Shown here in pieces: positions 22,401 to 34,353 of a stretch of 64,000 nucleotides of DNA. Source of the DNA: Mayamaea pseudoterrestris (Eukaryota); assembly GCA_027923505.1 (NCBI GenBank), contig BROI01000001.1, positions 124,001 through 188,000 on the forward strand, written 5' to 3'. The notes below the pieces were generated by a model that ran no database searches, was not told the origin of the DNA, and saw nothing but the letters and a program-made list of their open reading frames with translations. A program made the translations under genes and the position numbers. Each line of letters starts with the position of its first letter. The stretch's first letter is position 1.

Positions 22401-22981
22401 TCATCACTAAATTTCGCTCCCTGCTGCAGCGGCACTTTGCACGTTGCTAAACACGAGGGAGCAAAGGGCTTGGCAAAATCCGAGGGCGCCGATAGCTTGT
22501 ACAGGAATATCGTGCCGGTGCTTGGCTGCGCCACGTACAAGTAAACGGCATCCGTAGCGGCATGACTTGCTGTCGAGCTCGTACTAGTATTCGTCGAAAC
22601 CATGCGAATAAATATTGGAGGATATTCATTCGGCTCCTCCGACGATTTTGGAGTCACTGGATGGTGCAACTTGTCGTGGTGCAGCTGCAGCACGGCTTGC
22701 GTGTGCTTTTGATCCGACAGCGAGTCTTGGGGGTTGCTGTACCAGACGGACAGTATGATTGGGACCTTGATTTTATTTGCGAATGATGAAGGAGATGCAA
22801 TATTACTCGCGTCTTCTTGCTGCAGACTCGCCACGCAGGACCAGCGGCCGTGCGAGCAGCTCGCCAGTGGCGGCTCTTGATGATTGCAGCTCGCCATGAC
22901 AATCTCCGGCACGACCGCCACAACGTCCACCGCCCATGGCTCCTCCAATGAAGGACGGAGCAATGACATGTGATGATTCAT
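19454..22981 (-). CDS. NUP133: Nucleoporin Nup133-like
   Basis: About 1175 aa, beta-rich N-terminal half and helical C-terminal half. YRWIH...GDYNGAAEAL...LGHAKL resembles the Nup133 C-terminal motif. Confidence 0.65.
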   Translation of the reverse strand: MNHHMSLLRPSLEEPWAVDVVAVVPEIVMASCNHQEPPLASCSHGRWSCVASLQQEDASNIASPSSFANKIKVPIILSVWYSNPQDSLSDQKHTQAVLQLHHDKLHHPVTPKSSEEPNEYPPIFIRMVSTNTSTSSTASHAATDAVYLYVAQPSTGTIFLYKLSAPSDFAKPFAPSCLATCKVPLQQGAKFSDDDESSMNANDDNDEFLTEFVVAWPPQQQSKSAVSPMILVGTSRGNVYWIAQRLAPCSLDAIAVTDANAGNAGSTLSSIFSMVSAAVMTPAKSKPKAAVYNQHTTNDVAAIRSILVRSPTRFSVYNENAICTGDWTVTRSNANHLTTFQNSQAVSESIDWNKVFAHQNGSMAMVVDNDEIVKVELQSACLVRKEHPDGGDEEDDVAATTHMIVLTHHRHAFDATTTRLYWLVLGNSDATTGDAVACGGLRLLEHYSLDRFVDPSSVSCALVPTAHGGCYAVMQAGGKTIHSQNTTPLLLPPIFMCYYQNQVTELDVTVASNYAGAGSTDNLIGQVWCVSSRDEGVAVCGGGGVYMLTNRGLGLVVRRVLPAPASPAKAKATKHVTSAALTPGPSSVSAIQLASHLKSQFLQYYHHQATATAVAPISLKRANLPDLQAAVMQVATSQAESTSAANHLDAHHALLAFLQESGLYHRLSAPCRQSLLTMGQQIVAFRVIKNCKASTKWENDQLTGLSSPMGLLKWLNAMQHQVLSAEEGSDRRDAYLEWLCLALQEAASYRLESRTYRYDLLTLGESYAIDSMDELPAWTTQLPALLKQLLEFWKANSSAAHAGTVQIIVPLTLEASQDLFNWFNSTNVKEQYVDVQRMGVKLMRLVKIDEGTVRNVCFDYRIFEGLCEIAHDHECKSDFAEFTLDKYFESLASKTDLMTGLPFALFVLKWHSDRNLVGHVFNYGKQCPDALSQLIMDDEKLRPYRWIHSTRIGDYNGAAEALVQTVNDHSASTLKITKINLGHAKLINAIVEKESAFHKESAVKRRDLIDKKRELVNAQELLLEGGEENTPSYLLPPHHLLDLAMRRLGTATSLDDKVHVCFTALAVCASMETPVECSKNAITVWTRAIADDHLLWKEIIVKENDLSAPHVRTLVQEETVFGGLVQACVNTGAAWANVQFGPVVESEVLSKLDIQDAQIKLELPRLLHSASVVKQ

Positions 22982-23183
22982 AATGATTATATTGTTACTG
23001 TAATCTAAATAGTTGCCGCTGCAAAGTATTTGCCGCTGCACCGCCGCCAATTTTATTTTGTGCGGCCATGGTCGAGCACCGCAACGAGAGTTTTCAGTGC
23101 CGCAAGTTGTCGTATCGTACGTCGGAACAACGGTGCGACATTAGCCGGCAACCCCAACACGACGCGCGACGCACAAAACCACC

Positions 23184-25706
23184 ATGGCGTTCGTTCTTCC
23201 GTCGCTGCGCTTTTCCAATGAAGTTGGTCATGCTTGGAACGACAATGAGACGAGCAACGAAGTTAAAGATGCATGTCAGCCAATTGATAGCGATCATATT
23301 AGGAGCAGCGCGATAATGCCGTCGTCGCCACTGCTCCCATCGTTTTCAGCGAGTGACACGTTTGCTGCTGCTGCAGATTCTTCGCCAGAGCTAAAAGACG
23401 CTAACTGCAGCGGAACGGACGAAGACCATACAAATAATGATGAACGAAAAGAATGCGACAATTTGCAAGGCGAATTGCCAGTGATGGGTGGTAACTCCGC
23501 TACTGCTTGTCAATTGACCTCCACCGCCGACCAAAACGCAGCACCCTCGTCTAGTCCTGCCAGTAGTAGCATTGGCAGCAAGAAGCGGCCACGACGAGAG
23601 CAATCGCCATTATCAAATGATACTCCAGTGTCGTCTCCAACGTCGTCGGATGGGTCGCTGCAGGAGCAAGAAGTGCCGTCGGAACATGTGAGTGACGATG
23701 ATGATTCCATGAATGCATTTGACGACGACGACGTGATTACTGCCTTTGACGCGCATCCGTTGTGGCTCACCATGGCAATTATTTGTATGATGCATGCGTT
23801 TGGACTACTCGTCAGTCGCATGCTGCCTGCCTTGCACCTTTCGCAAGAGTTGGTGACGAGTCTTTCGTGGATGCTGGTCGCCAGTGGGCCTATAAGGCAA
23901 CAACTGCAACACGATCATTCATCATACGTCAAGGCACCACGGAGGGAGCGGCAACGGCGGGAGCGTTCGCTAGCTTCGGCGATCTTCTTGGGCGCCATGG
24001 CGATTGTGTATACAGCTGCCGAACGACTTTTTCGACGATTTGCTCACGTTGACACAGATCCAACTACACTCGTACCGTTTCTAGTAGCTTGGATGCTTCA
24101 AACAATGCTGGCATGTGCCGTGGCATTGCCGCATGCTGTGGGAATGTCAACGAGTGGACGCAGGGAGAGTGTCCATCGATGGAGTCTTCACCTTGGCATG
24201 GCCGTTGCAACCGCTGGGCTGGCATTGTACATGGTGTCGTTGTACCAACAATGGCAATGTCAGAAATATTCACACGCTCTACATGGCTTGGAATCAGATG
24301 CAGCAATACACTCATTTGGAGGCGGCGGTGACTACTGCTACCGAGACTTGTTTGCGTATGCACAACGACCTGATTATTCGGCACTCGTCTTGACTGTTTT
24401 GGGAATGGCCGTGATCCATGGTGCACCGAGCAAAGGCAGCAAACAAGTAGGCAGGAATGAAGCAAGCAATGAGGACCTTACCGGCGAGAGGTGTCATGCA
24501 TTTTGGCGATGGCCTTTATTTGCGGCACTCGGTGTAATTGGACCGCCACTCTTAATGGCATGGCTCTTGCAAATGACGCACTCGATACAAACGACGATGG
24601 GTTCCGAAGCAGTTTACGGCTTGGATCTGGTGGCGACGGCTTATATGGATATTGTTCCACTGTTTCTGTATCCTACTTGCAGAAATTGGATGGAGCATTC
24701 TCACGACAATGCACTGTTTCAGCCGTCACTACCATTTGCGCCAGAACCGTATCAGCGCATGGCGGCCATTGGACTAGACGCAGTCTCTCGCCAAGAGCTG
24801 CAGCAATATGCGACTCGCGGCATTTGGGCGATATTAGAAACGACAGCGTCGAGCGATCGTTCGTATGGTGGCTATACGCCACATGATCATGAATCTGCAA
24901 AAGTCAAACACCATGATCTGCCAAGGCGAAAGCAGCGACCAAGACGTCATGCGCGACAAATACACTCGTCCTATCGGATGGACCCGGAGAGTGAGACGAG
25001 ACGCAATTCTGAAGCTTATGTCAATGACGACGCTGAAGCGGTTGAAAAGGAGGCGAAGCAATCTAGAGGAGCTTCCTCGGCAACTGTTGAAGCAACGTCT
25101 ACTGGTCGTTATGATCTCAAGAGCTGCATTGACTCGCCAGATGCAGGGTCAAATGAATTGACCACCAGAATACCTTCGTTCGCAGTAAATGAGGACAGTG
25201 CAAGTGTTGGCCGCGCAACATTCAATTCCTCAGCAACGATTAAAGCGCCTCTTACCAAATCCGCTTTGCGCCAGCTAGCATGCATTGAAAGAGCGGCAGC
25301 GGCTCTCGATGACGAGACTGAAGACAGCAACGCTATTTTATCTTCAGCCGTACGTGGCCTTGTGCGACGTCTTTCAATGATTCCAACGAAAAAGTCCAGT
25401 TCTGACGTGCGAGCTCATTTGGATACTGGTGCGATGAGGTTGAGCCAAAGGCATGCTCCAACTGAAGGTTACAGCCTTCAAAATGTCACACGTCCTGCGT
25501 CAATAGCGGAGTTGCTCCGAGTTGAACGCCTGGTAGATTTGACCATTACTGACGTCGACCGCTTATTTGCGCACGATGTGAATGGTCACCGAAATTTCCA
25601 CAATGTGTTTAAGGGGTGGATTCATAAAACAATGGATCATGTCGAACCCCCTCGCTTCCAGCGTCACAACGAATTGTGGATGCTTGATTTTGACGTTAGC
25701 CAATGA
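23184..25706 (+). CDS. Hypothetical polytopic membrane protein
   Basis: 840 aa ORF with a Ser/acidic N-terminus, about 8 hydrophobic segments and a soluble C-terminus. Confidence 0.65.
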   Translation: MAFVLPSLRFSNEVGHAWNDNETSNEVKDACQPIDSDHIRSSAIMPSSPLLPSFSASDTFAAAADSSPELKDANCSGTDEDHTNNDERKECDNLQGELPVMGGNSATACQLTSTADQNAAPSSSPASSSIGSKKRPRREQSPLSNDTPVSSPTSSDGSLQEQEVPSEHVSDDDDSMNAFDDDDVITAFDAHPLWLTMAIICMMHAFGLLVSRMLPALHLSQELVTSLSWMLVASGPIRQQLQHDHSSYVKAPRRERQRRERSLASAIFLGAMAIVYTAAERLFRRFAHVDTDPTTLVPFLVAWMLQTMLACAVALPHAVGMSTSGRRESVHRWSLHLGMAVATAGLALYMVSLYQQWQCQKYSHALHGLESDAAIHSFGGGGDYCYRDLFAYAQRPDYSALVLTVLGMAVIHGAPSKGSKQVGRNEASNEDLTGERCHAFWRWPLFAALGVIGPPLLMAWLLQMTHSIQTTMGSEAVYGLDLVATAYMDIVPLFLYPTCRNWMEHSHDNALFQPSLPFAPEPYQRMAAIGLDAVSRQELQQYATRGIWAILETTASSDRSYGGYTPHDHESAKVKHHDLPRRKQRPRRHARQIHSSYRMDPESETRRNSEAYVNDDAEAVEKEAKQSRGASSATVEATSTGRYDLKSCIDSPDAGSNELTTRIPSFAVNEDSASVGRATFNSSATIKAPLTKSALRQLACIERAAAALDDETEDSNAILSSAVRGLVRRLSMIPTKKSSSDVRAHLDTGAMRLSQRHAPTEGYSLQNVTRPASIAELLRVERLVDLTITDVDRLFAHDVNGHRNFHNVFKGWIHKTMDHVEPPRFQRHNELWMLDFDVSQ

Positions 25707-26577
25707 CTGGTTGAAAGAGACGCAAAGCGCAGCCTAAAGAAGCGACGAGAGTATATTGTTGAGTGTCGTCTTGCGAAGATTGGCGTACAAGAACCATTAC
25801 CATGAACGGATACAGGCAGCGCGAGATTATGGGACTGCAGTACAAACTCCAGCTCTTCCTCCGCCGTGATCAACATACGCGCTTTACAAAAAAGCGTCTC
25901 GAAAGCACCTTTCAAGCTTGCGTCCGCCGAGTGAAGCAAGTTGCCAATGACGATGCATACCGGTACCCAGTCGTTCGTCTGTTTACTTTGGAAGCGCACA
26001 TCGAGGAAATTTATCATCTTAATGACCATCCTGGGTGTTCCATGTTGGTTTCTGATGATCAGATTGGATTTGCCGATACTCCTATCCGTGCGGCCGACCG
26101 CGACGCGATCATTATAAAGAAAGCTCTGCTTGCCGGCTTTCCAGTCCTTGTCAATGACATTTTTTGAATCGGCACTGGCGAGCATTGTAAATATTATTAC
26201 CTGTCTCCACGAAGTCTTTCGGACGTTTATTGCTAAGCACGAGCTTTTGGAAGATTGTCTACTCTGTGCGCACCACAGCTGTCACTACCCGATGCCGGAC
26301 TTTTGGCGGCGAAGCAATGCTCCACCGTCATTGTTTCATTCATCCCGAAGGCCAGCGAGGAGTCTATCGCCACAGTCCGATGCTGCGGCAAGTCAAAGTC
26401 TCCGCGTCGCAAACCGTTTCAGTCTTTCCGAATATCCTTTCACAGTTAACGGACGACGGCTACCAGTACGAGGAGAGTGACAAGGAGGAGGAAGAGGAGG
26501 AGGACGACGACGATGAGGATATGGATGACGATGACAACGATGCAGATGCTTTGATTGATTACGATGCATGGAAATAG
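25707..26577 (+). pseudogene. Fragmented coding-like sequence ending in an acidic tail
   Basis: Protein-like fragments in three successive frames end in EEEEEEDDDDEDMDDDDND...WK*. Confidence 0.35.
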
Positions 26578-27870
26578 GACATTTGGTGGAGGAGAATAGC
26601 GCGTCGATTAGGCGTATTGATCGAATTTGAAGCAGTCGACTTCTACGGATTGAGCTTTTGGTTTGTCATATGATACTCGGGGCCGCAGTACGTTTGACGC
26701 TGCCTCTGTGGACCGTCTACTACCAGCGCATACGGTATACATTGTAACATAATACACTCTCATATGGCTGTTTGGAATTTGATATAAGTATGTGTAGAGT
26801 ATGATTAGAGTCGTGAAAGCCTGTCTCTTTCATCGCCATCATCGCAAATGTTGATCTCGGCTCGATAATCGACAAAAAAACTTGCGGTGGCGCACCCACA
26901 CTTATGATCAAGCGACAGAAAACATTGACAACTAACCATGGCGCTTGTCGTCGACCAATGTCCCGCAGGCGGTTGCTTTCCTTGTCGTTCATGAGCGAAA
27001 CGCTAACTTCAGCGCCCCATCGCCGGCCCCGACAAGCCACCACGCGAGTGTCGAACTATCCGGCTCGCTCCATTTCTTTCATTTTGCCGACAAAGCTTAA
27101 ATGCGACGAAGTCCTTTGAGCATGTATTATGAGGTGAAGCCACTCTGGACCTGCTTCTCACGACAACGCATCTTTTGACGACTATTTCGTGTCCTTTGAC
27201 ATGGGTGTCCAGCTTCCATCTGGTGTATAGTTCTAAAGAGTATTTTATTATATTAATGGCTACCGCAAAACAATGCTTCGAGCTATGATCACGATACTGT
27301 ATGCTGCGCACTGCTTTAAAGTATCATGGATCATTGCTCCCACAATCGCAACCACCCGGTAGAGCCAATTTTCAGCAAAGTATGCTACATTTAGGATCGA
27401 GTTGCTCTTGATTGGCATTACATAATTGCGTCGTCGACATTAGCTCGTAGTCGAATTGTGTGCTTTGCTCGGGCTTGGACAGACGGGACATTGTTGTTCA
27501 CGAGGGAAGACAAGTCTTTACGTAACCATCTGCTTTCATCTTACTTAAAAGGCAATGACATGGGTCGTCGGAACCGAGAAATGCCAAGGACGAATGCAGT
27601 AGAATGGTCGATCAATCACAAATCTCCATGATACAAGTAGAGAATGTTTGACGGAAGGATCTCGCGACAGTAATTAGTACCGCTACGATGACTTGCACCA
27701 ATGAAATGACTCTGGCGAGCAAGCCGGCCTTGAATTTTCGATCGCCAATTGATGCTTCGTCTCGCACTCGCACAAATTTGACGGCCAACGATCAAGACAG
27801 TTGCTCCTTCCACTTTAGCCTTTAATCAGATACCAACTGCATTACAGCAACACTTACACAGAGTCAACTC

Positions 27871-29233
27871 ATGGATATCACGTCCAAATCGAAATCTCGG
27901 GCGAAGAAAGAATCGCATTCGGCGACGACGGCCGCGCAGCAGCGCGATAATTTGGCGATGAACGGCAGTGGAATGCTCGGCGTCAGCTTGCGCAAGCGTC
28001 ACACCAAGACGACGGCGGATGAAGAAAAGGAGAATGGAGCTTTGAGTCTCACTGGAGTGACAAAGACCAAAGGTAAGTTTACGTGATGCGCATGTTCGGC
28101 CATGCATTCCAAGCTTGTGCCGTGTTGCCTCACGTTTCAAATACCACTCATCCACATTCCACAATATCAAACCTACAGACTCTAAAGATGCTTCCAAGAA
28201 GCGAGTGTACAAGAAACGCAGTCAAGCTGCCATTTTGGAGCCCCAAACGTTGCAGAAGGGCAAGTCGACTCGATCCAAGCAGGAGCCGACCATTGGAGCT
28301 GAAGTGTCACCTACCGAGCAACATGACGACACTGATTCGGAGGCGTTGGATCCGATGTACACTGCCAAGTACCCTGCGTATTGCTGGACGGCCCAAATCA
28401 AGTCGGCGATGAAGACCAAGGCCAGCATCAAAACCATGCATCGAGTTCAAGTTGACGAAACTCGCAACCAAGTTCACCGACCAATCATTTCACCTTTGGA
28501 AAAGAAGGACAACTACGAGCACTGGGTGGGCAATGGCAAGAAAGGAAAAGCCAGGATTGTCGGTGCTGCCAACATCAAGCCCGCCAACGAACGAGATTGG
28601 CGCGTCAAGGAGTTGATTCCGTATCGACAGGAATTGGCCGCGGCGTTTTGCAACACCAACGGACTCGACTTGGCGAAACTCACTAATGATTTGCGACGTG
28701 GCGAAACTCTCACACATTCCATGCAATTGGCATCCACCAAGGAAGGGTACGCGAAGCTTGCCAAAGGCTTGAAGGCCAAGAAGAAGCCGGCGCACGTCAT
28801 TGTCCGCGACATGAAGTTGAAGCTGAGTGGATTCAAGCTTTCCAAACGAGCGTCCTACCAGCAAATTGGCCTGGGCATTGGCATTTTGCACGAGGGCCGA
28901 ACGTTGATCCCTTGGGAAGAAGGAGCTGTCAAGCTAGTTTGCGACGCTGTGTGCTACCTCTTTTTCGAGTATGTCAAGCTCGATGCGCATCAGCAGCTGG
29001 CCATCGATTTGGTTTCGTTTCTTGAACAAGGCTTGAATAAAGCATATGCAATTGACGCACAAGCCTATCTTCAGCTCATTATGGAGTCCAACATTCCAGC
29101 AAACTTTGCCAAGATCTGGGCCCAAGAGAATGACTCGGACGCATCTCTTGCTGAACAGCTTTGGACTAGTCGCAGCACCACGACTGTCAGTAAAAATGAT
29201 CTCGACGTACGTTTAGGTGTTTCTTCGGTATAA
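27871..29233 (+). CDS. Hypothetical basic (Lys-rich) protein; intron 28073-28178
   Basis: A GTAAGT...CTACAG intron joins ORFs 27871 and 28115 in frame (TK-D-SKDA). Confidence 0.7.
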
Positions 29234-29590
29234 GTTGTTCCACGGTTGAGCTCGTAGAGTCAAAGTTTTGCGTGCCAAGCCAGGACTCGTGCTGCCCTCG
29301 CAACTCAAATCCATGTCTACTTCATAATTAAATGCAGCGACAAGAAGCGCTCTTTAAATGCATAAAACGTTATAACAGTGTCAATTACTGTATAAAGGAT
29401 TAGTTTCAACTATTCGTAATAGTGATACACTGGGAATGGGTCGCTCACTGTGCTCTATATGTTGATCCGGATCTGTTGGATGTTGGTGATGATGTACACG
29501 ACTGATGTTTATTGATGGAGCACTGGACATCAATTCTATCTCGGCTTTGCTTGCCCCATTTATATTTGTAAATGATTTCGAGTCAAAGTT

Positions 29591-31201
29591 TCATACTCTC
29601 CTTTCATTTTGAAAAGATGAGGCAGCCTCCGGCAACTCGAAACCTTCCTCACCCAAAATCTCCGCGTCGACCGGTTTTGGTACGCGATCATACTCTGTTT
29701 CCAGCGTTGCAACCGGTCGCCACAGATAAGCAATTCCGGCAATAAATATCAAACATTGAAGCGTTCCAACACTTTCGAACAACCACGACACTTTTCCGTC
29801 GAATAGAAAAACGGCTTCAATGCCGAAATGTTTTGCAATGACCAGGGTGGAAAGCAATGCAAGAATGAATAGCCATCGCAGGGACGAAAACAGCCTTGTT
29901 TGACTTGCCCGATGCGTGTTTCCCAAAGCTTTAATGGTGGCGGATATGGATCGCAAAATCCACACCACATAGATAAAGTCCACCGCTATAATCAGTGTTT
30001 GCCAAAGAACCACGGCGAAAACGAGTTTGAAGCCTTTGTCATACGATGCCGCACTCGTAAAGAAGTAAATAAATGTCATGTTCCGAATTAATACCAGTGC
30101 CGTATAGAGCGTGCCAAGCTTGACGATCCATCGTAGCGATCCACCGAGACTTTGTCTCGTGACGCCCCAGCCGAGCGACAGCAAGAGTACAAGTGTCCTT
30201 GCCCAAGCTTGCTTGGCACCATTGATGAAATTGCTGACTGTCAACAGCAAAGAATGATCGCGCCCGCTGGCATTCCATGTCACCAAGTATAGCGCTCCGC
30301 ATGCCACATGCACCAAACCGAGAACAATGGCGAGTAAAATACACGTCTCAATGGAAACGGTTGGCTTGTCATGCAGCCGCATCAACTTGCCGTACCAGAT
30401 GAAAAGAACGCCGTAAATGACAAACATGATGACGAATAGCTCCATGTAGTGCCATAGTTCACCAGGAAGGTAGCCATGTTTGGATCGAACGTAAACATTG
30501 CCATGTACTTGCACAACTTGACCCGCTTCATTACAATTCGCCATGAATAACATGTAAACGCCCGATGCGTCAACATTGACCAATCCATTATCCATAGCTG
30601 CAGTCCCGTTAACAGGAACAGTTAGTAGACGAGCGTCCATGAATGTTTCATCCGTTATATTGAGCACCAAACGTCCAAGTTGGTCTCCGCCCTGGCAGGT
30701 TCCTTGCGAGACTGCCTGCGTTGTACAGCACCAGGCGAAGTATGTTTGCCTACTTTGCAATCCAAGCGCGGACGACCAAACGATGCCATGGGTCTTTGGA
30801 ACGTTCCATATGATAATGTCAACAAACACTGCTTCTTGATCATAGTCGATTTGCTGTAAGGAGAGCATGTTAGCGGTGCATCAAAAGTTAATCGCGCGTC
30901 AGCAGAACCGATCCTTGAGCTCGGCCGAATATCAACTTTTGTCACGAGCATCTCTCACCTGAGCTTGCCCCCTGATAGCAGCTTCAATTCGACTCTCTCG
31001 ATCATCTTCCTCCACCGTTGACGCAGAAAATGTAAGCTCATTCATGTCAATGGTTCCTGGGCCTCGCAAAACAAAGTGAGGTGCCAAGGTCAGTGACCTT
31101 CCAGCGTAAATCTCGCGATTGTAGTCAATGACTTCGGCATGGACAAGCGCAGACAGTATGACAAAGACGAGGACAATGTGTAAACTGCAGACTGACAGCA
31201 T
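29591..31201 (-). CDS. GOST / TMEM87-GPR107 (lung 7-TM receptor) family protein; intron 30854-30958
   Basis: Signal peptide, luminal domain with CC, HGYLPGE, seven TM helices, LSLGWGVTR and YLWRP. Confidence 0.85.
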
Positions 31202-31468
31202 GTTTGGTCGTGTGGCGAGAAGATAGACGTCTCATTCGTCTCAACTTGTGCAGAACAATCTTGCTCTCTTGCTTGTCACGCTTTGTCGGAGCGGTTATCA
31301 ATAGTCTGAGCGGTACTCAGCGTGACACTTGCGGATCGCCTTCTGCCATGGAGAATGGAGACGCTGATATTATAAAAAAACTCCGTCCGTGATCGACACT
31401 TGCCCTTTAGAATAGAGTAAAGTTCTTGTCACTGACAGATATCGTTACTTTAAGAAGAAATTAGCAGC

Positions 31469-33935
31469 ATGGCAAAAGACAAGAGCGAATTAGCGTCGTC
31501 AGCAGCTTGCAGCTCCGGTCTGCAGGCTCTCATGGAGCATGACGTTACGGCCCAGGTGAAAGATTTGGATCACTATAGAACGCATAAAGGCATGTATGTG
31601 GAGACTGACTATATTGTTGAGGTAAGTGATGACTGGATAAACAATGGAAACGAGCGAAACAAACGCGAAACAGACAGTGTAGATGTGTAGGTGAAGATTC
31701 GCATTCGAGTTTATAGAGAGACTGATCGCTGCATTTCTCACAATGCAATCCTCACAGGTTGCTAGTCCAAAGTATTTTGAGCCGTTCTTTATTTCCAAGA
31801 CCTACTCGCAGTTTCGAGCACTCGTCAATGAGTTGAAGGAGATTGCGGATGCCTTTGCCTCATTAAATCGTCGGGAGCAGCAAGATTCTTCCAGTCTCGC
31901 TAAAACCTGCAACCTATCTTGGCACTTGATTGAGAGCCAGCCGACGGAGTACTTGGGCAAAGTCTCCTACTCGTACGTTAAAAACTTGGCCAAGCAGCGA
32001 AAGACGGTTGTGGACGATGTGTTGAGTCAACTGCTCGAGCAGTTCCCTTCGAGTATTGACAATAGCGAATTTTTCCAAGCAGTTGGAAACTGCATTGAAG
32101 TATTCTTTCTGACGGATCACTGCGAACCGGATCAACGGATGAAAAAGAAGGTCTTGACGGCGGATACTATTAGCAATCGGAGTCTTGGTCGCAACAAGAC
32201 TAACAGCTCCAAGCAGGTTGCAGCGACAATGTCGATAGAGGGAGAGCAGCAGTCGTCAAAGTCAATTTGGAAGGCGCTTGACAAGAACTTTCTAGGCAAG
32301 GGTCTTTTGAAGGTCGGTAACGGCTTGGGCAGTGGTATTTCTACGGTAACTTCCGGGGTTGGCAGTGGCTTGACGACTGTCACGTCTGGCGTTGGCACCG
32401 TCGTAAAACGAATGGACATTTCCAACGCCTTTTGCGCGAATGCGACGGCCAATAATGAAACTTTCACTAGCCCTGTCCGGACTCGCAAGGAGGGAGCCGG
32501 CGGCGTTTCAAACAGCAAGCTCATTCCCATGACAACCAAAGACCGGCATACGTTGGAGGCTTTGGATAGTGCTGGAGACAATGGCGGAGAAGTTACTTGC
32601 GTCATGGAGGAATCGCTTGAAGTTGTAGCTGCTGCAGCAGAAGACTTTGCAAGCCCCAATCCAAAGCTAGCGACTCCTATCGTGGGCAGCGCCAAGTTGA
32701 ATAGGCTTCGAAGCAGTAGGTTTAATCGGCAAGGTTTCGTGGAAAACAAGTCATTCTTGATTGCGCTGGGTGTTGTGATTTTGGCCGTGTACATGAGATT
32801 CCGATCTCAGCTTGGCGGACTTTTCTCCATTGACGGTGACGTTGCGCTGCTCCTTTCCGTGATTACTTTCTTCCTTGGCCAGCGTTCTCCGTCCAGCACA
32901 ATATTGCAACCTGCGCCCCAACTCGTGGAGCAACAGGTTGACAAGACACGCGCCATGTTGGCGCGAACATGCTTGTTCGCGCCAATGTCGCCCTTGCGGC
33001 GATCCTCGATCAAGGTTGACATGCTTCAAGCTGCCATGGTCGACGACGAAATAGTGGAGGAAGAAATTGGCCAAGTCTTAGACTCGCCGTTGCCACAATT
33101 TCCAAAGGGTGCCAAAATTGGTTCTCACAACAACTGCTGGTCCGTTCCCGAACATGAATCATTTTTGGTCCGCGGTCCAAAGTATTTAGTCGACCGCAAA
33201 AAGGTGGCGAGTGAGCCCTTTCTGTTTCCGACGCGCGGCATGGACTTGTTTCTGACGGATACGTGCCCGGAAAACGTTGGAAGCTTGACCTGCGTCTTTG
33301 GCGGTCACTTGAGGACTGTTCCAACCCTGATTATCAACTTTCGTCTTCCCTGGGGCGTCTTGATATTTTACTTTGAAATCCCAGCCAAGTTTGTTCCGTT
33401 TCTCCGCGCCTGCTACGAGCCAGACTTTGATCAATCGGAGCTTTGTAATCTCGACAGTATGACACCGGCGGAACGTACCGTCTGTCGATTCCTCCAGAGC
33501 GACCTTGCTAACAAGAATAAAACACTCAAGATTGTTCCGGTCGTTGTCGACGGCCCCTGGATCGTCAAGAATGTTGTCGGTGGCAAGCCGGCCATTATTG
33601 GAACCAAGTTGCCGGTCAGTTACGTCTACCAACCACCAACTGAACACAAGGCATTGTATTTGGAAGCCGACTTGGATATTGCCGCAAGCTCGGCTGCTCG
33701 TGGAATCTTGTCAGTGACGCGAAGCTACACGGAAATATTAACGATTGACATTGGTTTCGTCGTTCAAGCCAATGCCATTGATGAATTACCCGAGCGCATG
33801 CTATGCGGCTGTCGCATCCATGGCGTGGATCCATTGACGGCGCAGCAATTGCCACTGCAGTCGTCAACGTTGGCTGCCATGCAGCATGACAGTGACGATA
33901 ATGAGAGTTTGTCGGGACTGGAACTTTGTGTATGA
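31469..33935 (+). CDS. PX-like + 2 TM + EDR2 C-terminal (DUF1336) domain protein; intron 31622-31757
   Basis: WS.P...FLVRGPKYL.D.KKV, LKIVP.VV.GPWIVK, YLEADLDI and ELPE motifs. N-terminal YIVEV...KTYSQFRAL is PX-like. Confidence 0.8.
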
Positions 33936-34353
33936 TGTGATTGTACCTCTGGTAAATGAAGGTACTACTTTATGTTTCATTTAATTTTTTATTAGGTTGT
34001 AAATATATCAATGTAATTCATTTTTGTGTTGCAGAATTGCCAAGGCTTGCAAAAATACATCGATGCGCATGCAAATTGGCGCAACTCCAATAGCTAACCT
34101 TCAGAATCAGTCAGGGATAAGGTTAGTTCATCACGCATCGCACCTCGCGACCATGGAAATTACAAGTTGGAGCGAACAAGCACTTTGAGTCGCTCGCTCC
34201 TGCAATTTTATGCGAGACTCGTTTTGTAAGAAGTTTTGCAATATATATCTTCACAGGAGATTTAGCTTGTTTCTGAGTAGCTCTACAGCTGCAGTTGCTG
34301 TTTATTAAAAGCGAGCGAACGAGAAACGGACGACTGGGATTCATTTAACAGGT

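Noticed and set aside
26600..27860. Long intergenic gap as a possible mobile element or ncRNA
   Set aside because: I saw no terminal repeats, transposase remnants or RNA-gene signatures.
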